A stretch of DNA of 63,975 nucleotides, counting the filler, from Lama guanicoe (taxonomy: Eukaryota), in assembly GCA_013239625.1 (NCBI GenBank). It is 79 parts of 77 records of this genome, joined end to end, with 100 filler letters (N's around TTAATTAATTAA, not from the genome) between each part and the next. Parts side by side here need not be neighbours in the genome. Positions count along the whole stretch, not along the records: positions 63,364 to 63,975 come from MU053117.1; 78 more parts are not named here. One strand, 5' to 3'. The notes below the pieces were generated by a model. It searched no databases, was not told the origin of the DNA, and saw only the letters and a program-made list of their open reading frames with translations. Below, in pieces: positions 63,364 to 63,975 of this stretch. A program made the position numbers and the translations under genes. Positions within the stretch are counted from its first letter, which is position 1; every line of letters starts with the position of its first letter.

Positions 63364-63975
63364 TCTACATTCTGTATTCTACATTGTATATTATGTATTC
63401 TGTTTCCTATATAATATATTCTGCGTTCTGAATTCCATGTTCTAAATTCTGGGTTCTGTATTCTGTAATCTATATTCAATATTCTGAGTTCTAAATTCTG
63501 TATAGTACATTCTATATACTTTATTCTATTTTATATATTCTGTGTACATCATTCTATATACCACATTCTATTTCGTTATTCTTATTATATATTCTGTGTT
63601 CTGAATTCCTTGTTCTAAATTCTGCATACTGCATTCTGTATTCTATATTCTATATTCTGTGTTCTANNNNNNNNNNNNNNNNNNNNNNNNNNNNNNNNNN
63701 NNNNNNNNNNNNNNNNNNNNNNNNNNNNNNNNNNNNNNNNNNNNNNNNNNNNNNNNNNNNNNNNNNNNNNNNNNNNNNNNNNNNNNNNNNNNNNNNNNNN
63801 NNNNNNNNNNNNNNNNNNNNNNNNNNNNNNNNNNNNNNNNNNNNNNNNNNNNNNNNNNNNNNNNNNNNNNNNNNNNNNNNNNNNNNNNNNNNNNNNNNNN
63901 NNNNNNNNNNNATATTCTGCATAGTGTATTCAGTATACTGTATTCTATATTCTAACTTCTGTGTTCTGCATTCCA
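63364..63975 (+). repeat. AT-rich 7-bp-based satellite
   Basis: (TATTCTA)n variants. Confidence 0.95.

Overview
This window is not a contiguous locus. It is an artificial concatenation of about 79 short (roughly 0.3-1.3 kb) unplaced mammalian assembly fragments, joined by about 78 copies of a 100-bp spacer (44 N + TTAATTAATTAA + 44 N, which gives stops in all six frames). Adjacency between fragments therefore has no biological meaning, and most ORF-track entries are artefacts of N-runs. The source is probably a camelid, inferred from the tRNA-Ala-derived SINE and the L1 type. Content: an AT-rich 7-bp-based satellite (9 fragments); three 249-267-bp satellites that appear to descend from one ancestral monomer; a 39-bp GC-rich minisatellite; many LINE-1 pieces; ERV1-type LTR and internal pieces; a betaretroviral pro(G-patch)-pol junction; a MaLR LTR; SINEs; two intact DCTN1 exons; a decayed MHC class I pseudogene; and a few unidentified candidate exons. 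I see no support for a novel multi-gene system. The most interesting signals are the satellite superfamily, the G-patch betaretrovirus and the MHC-I relic. All identifications are by eye, without database searches.
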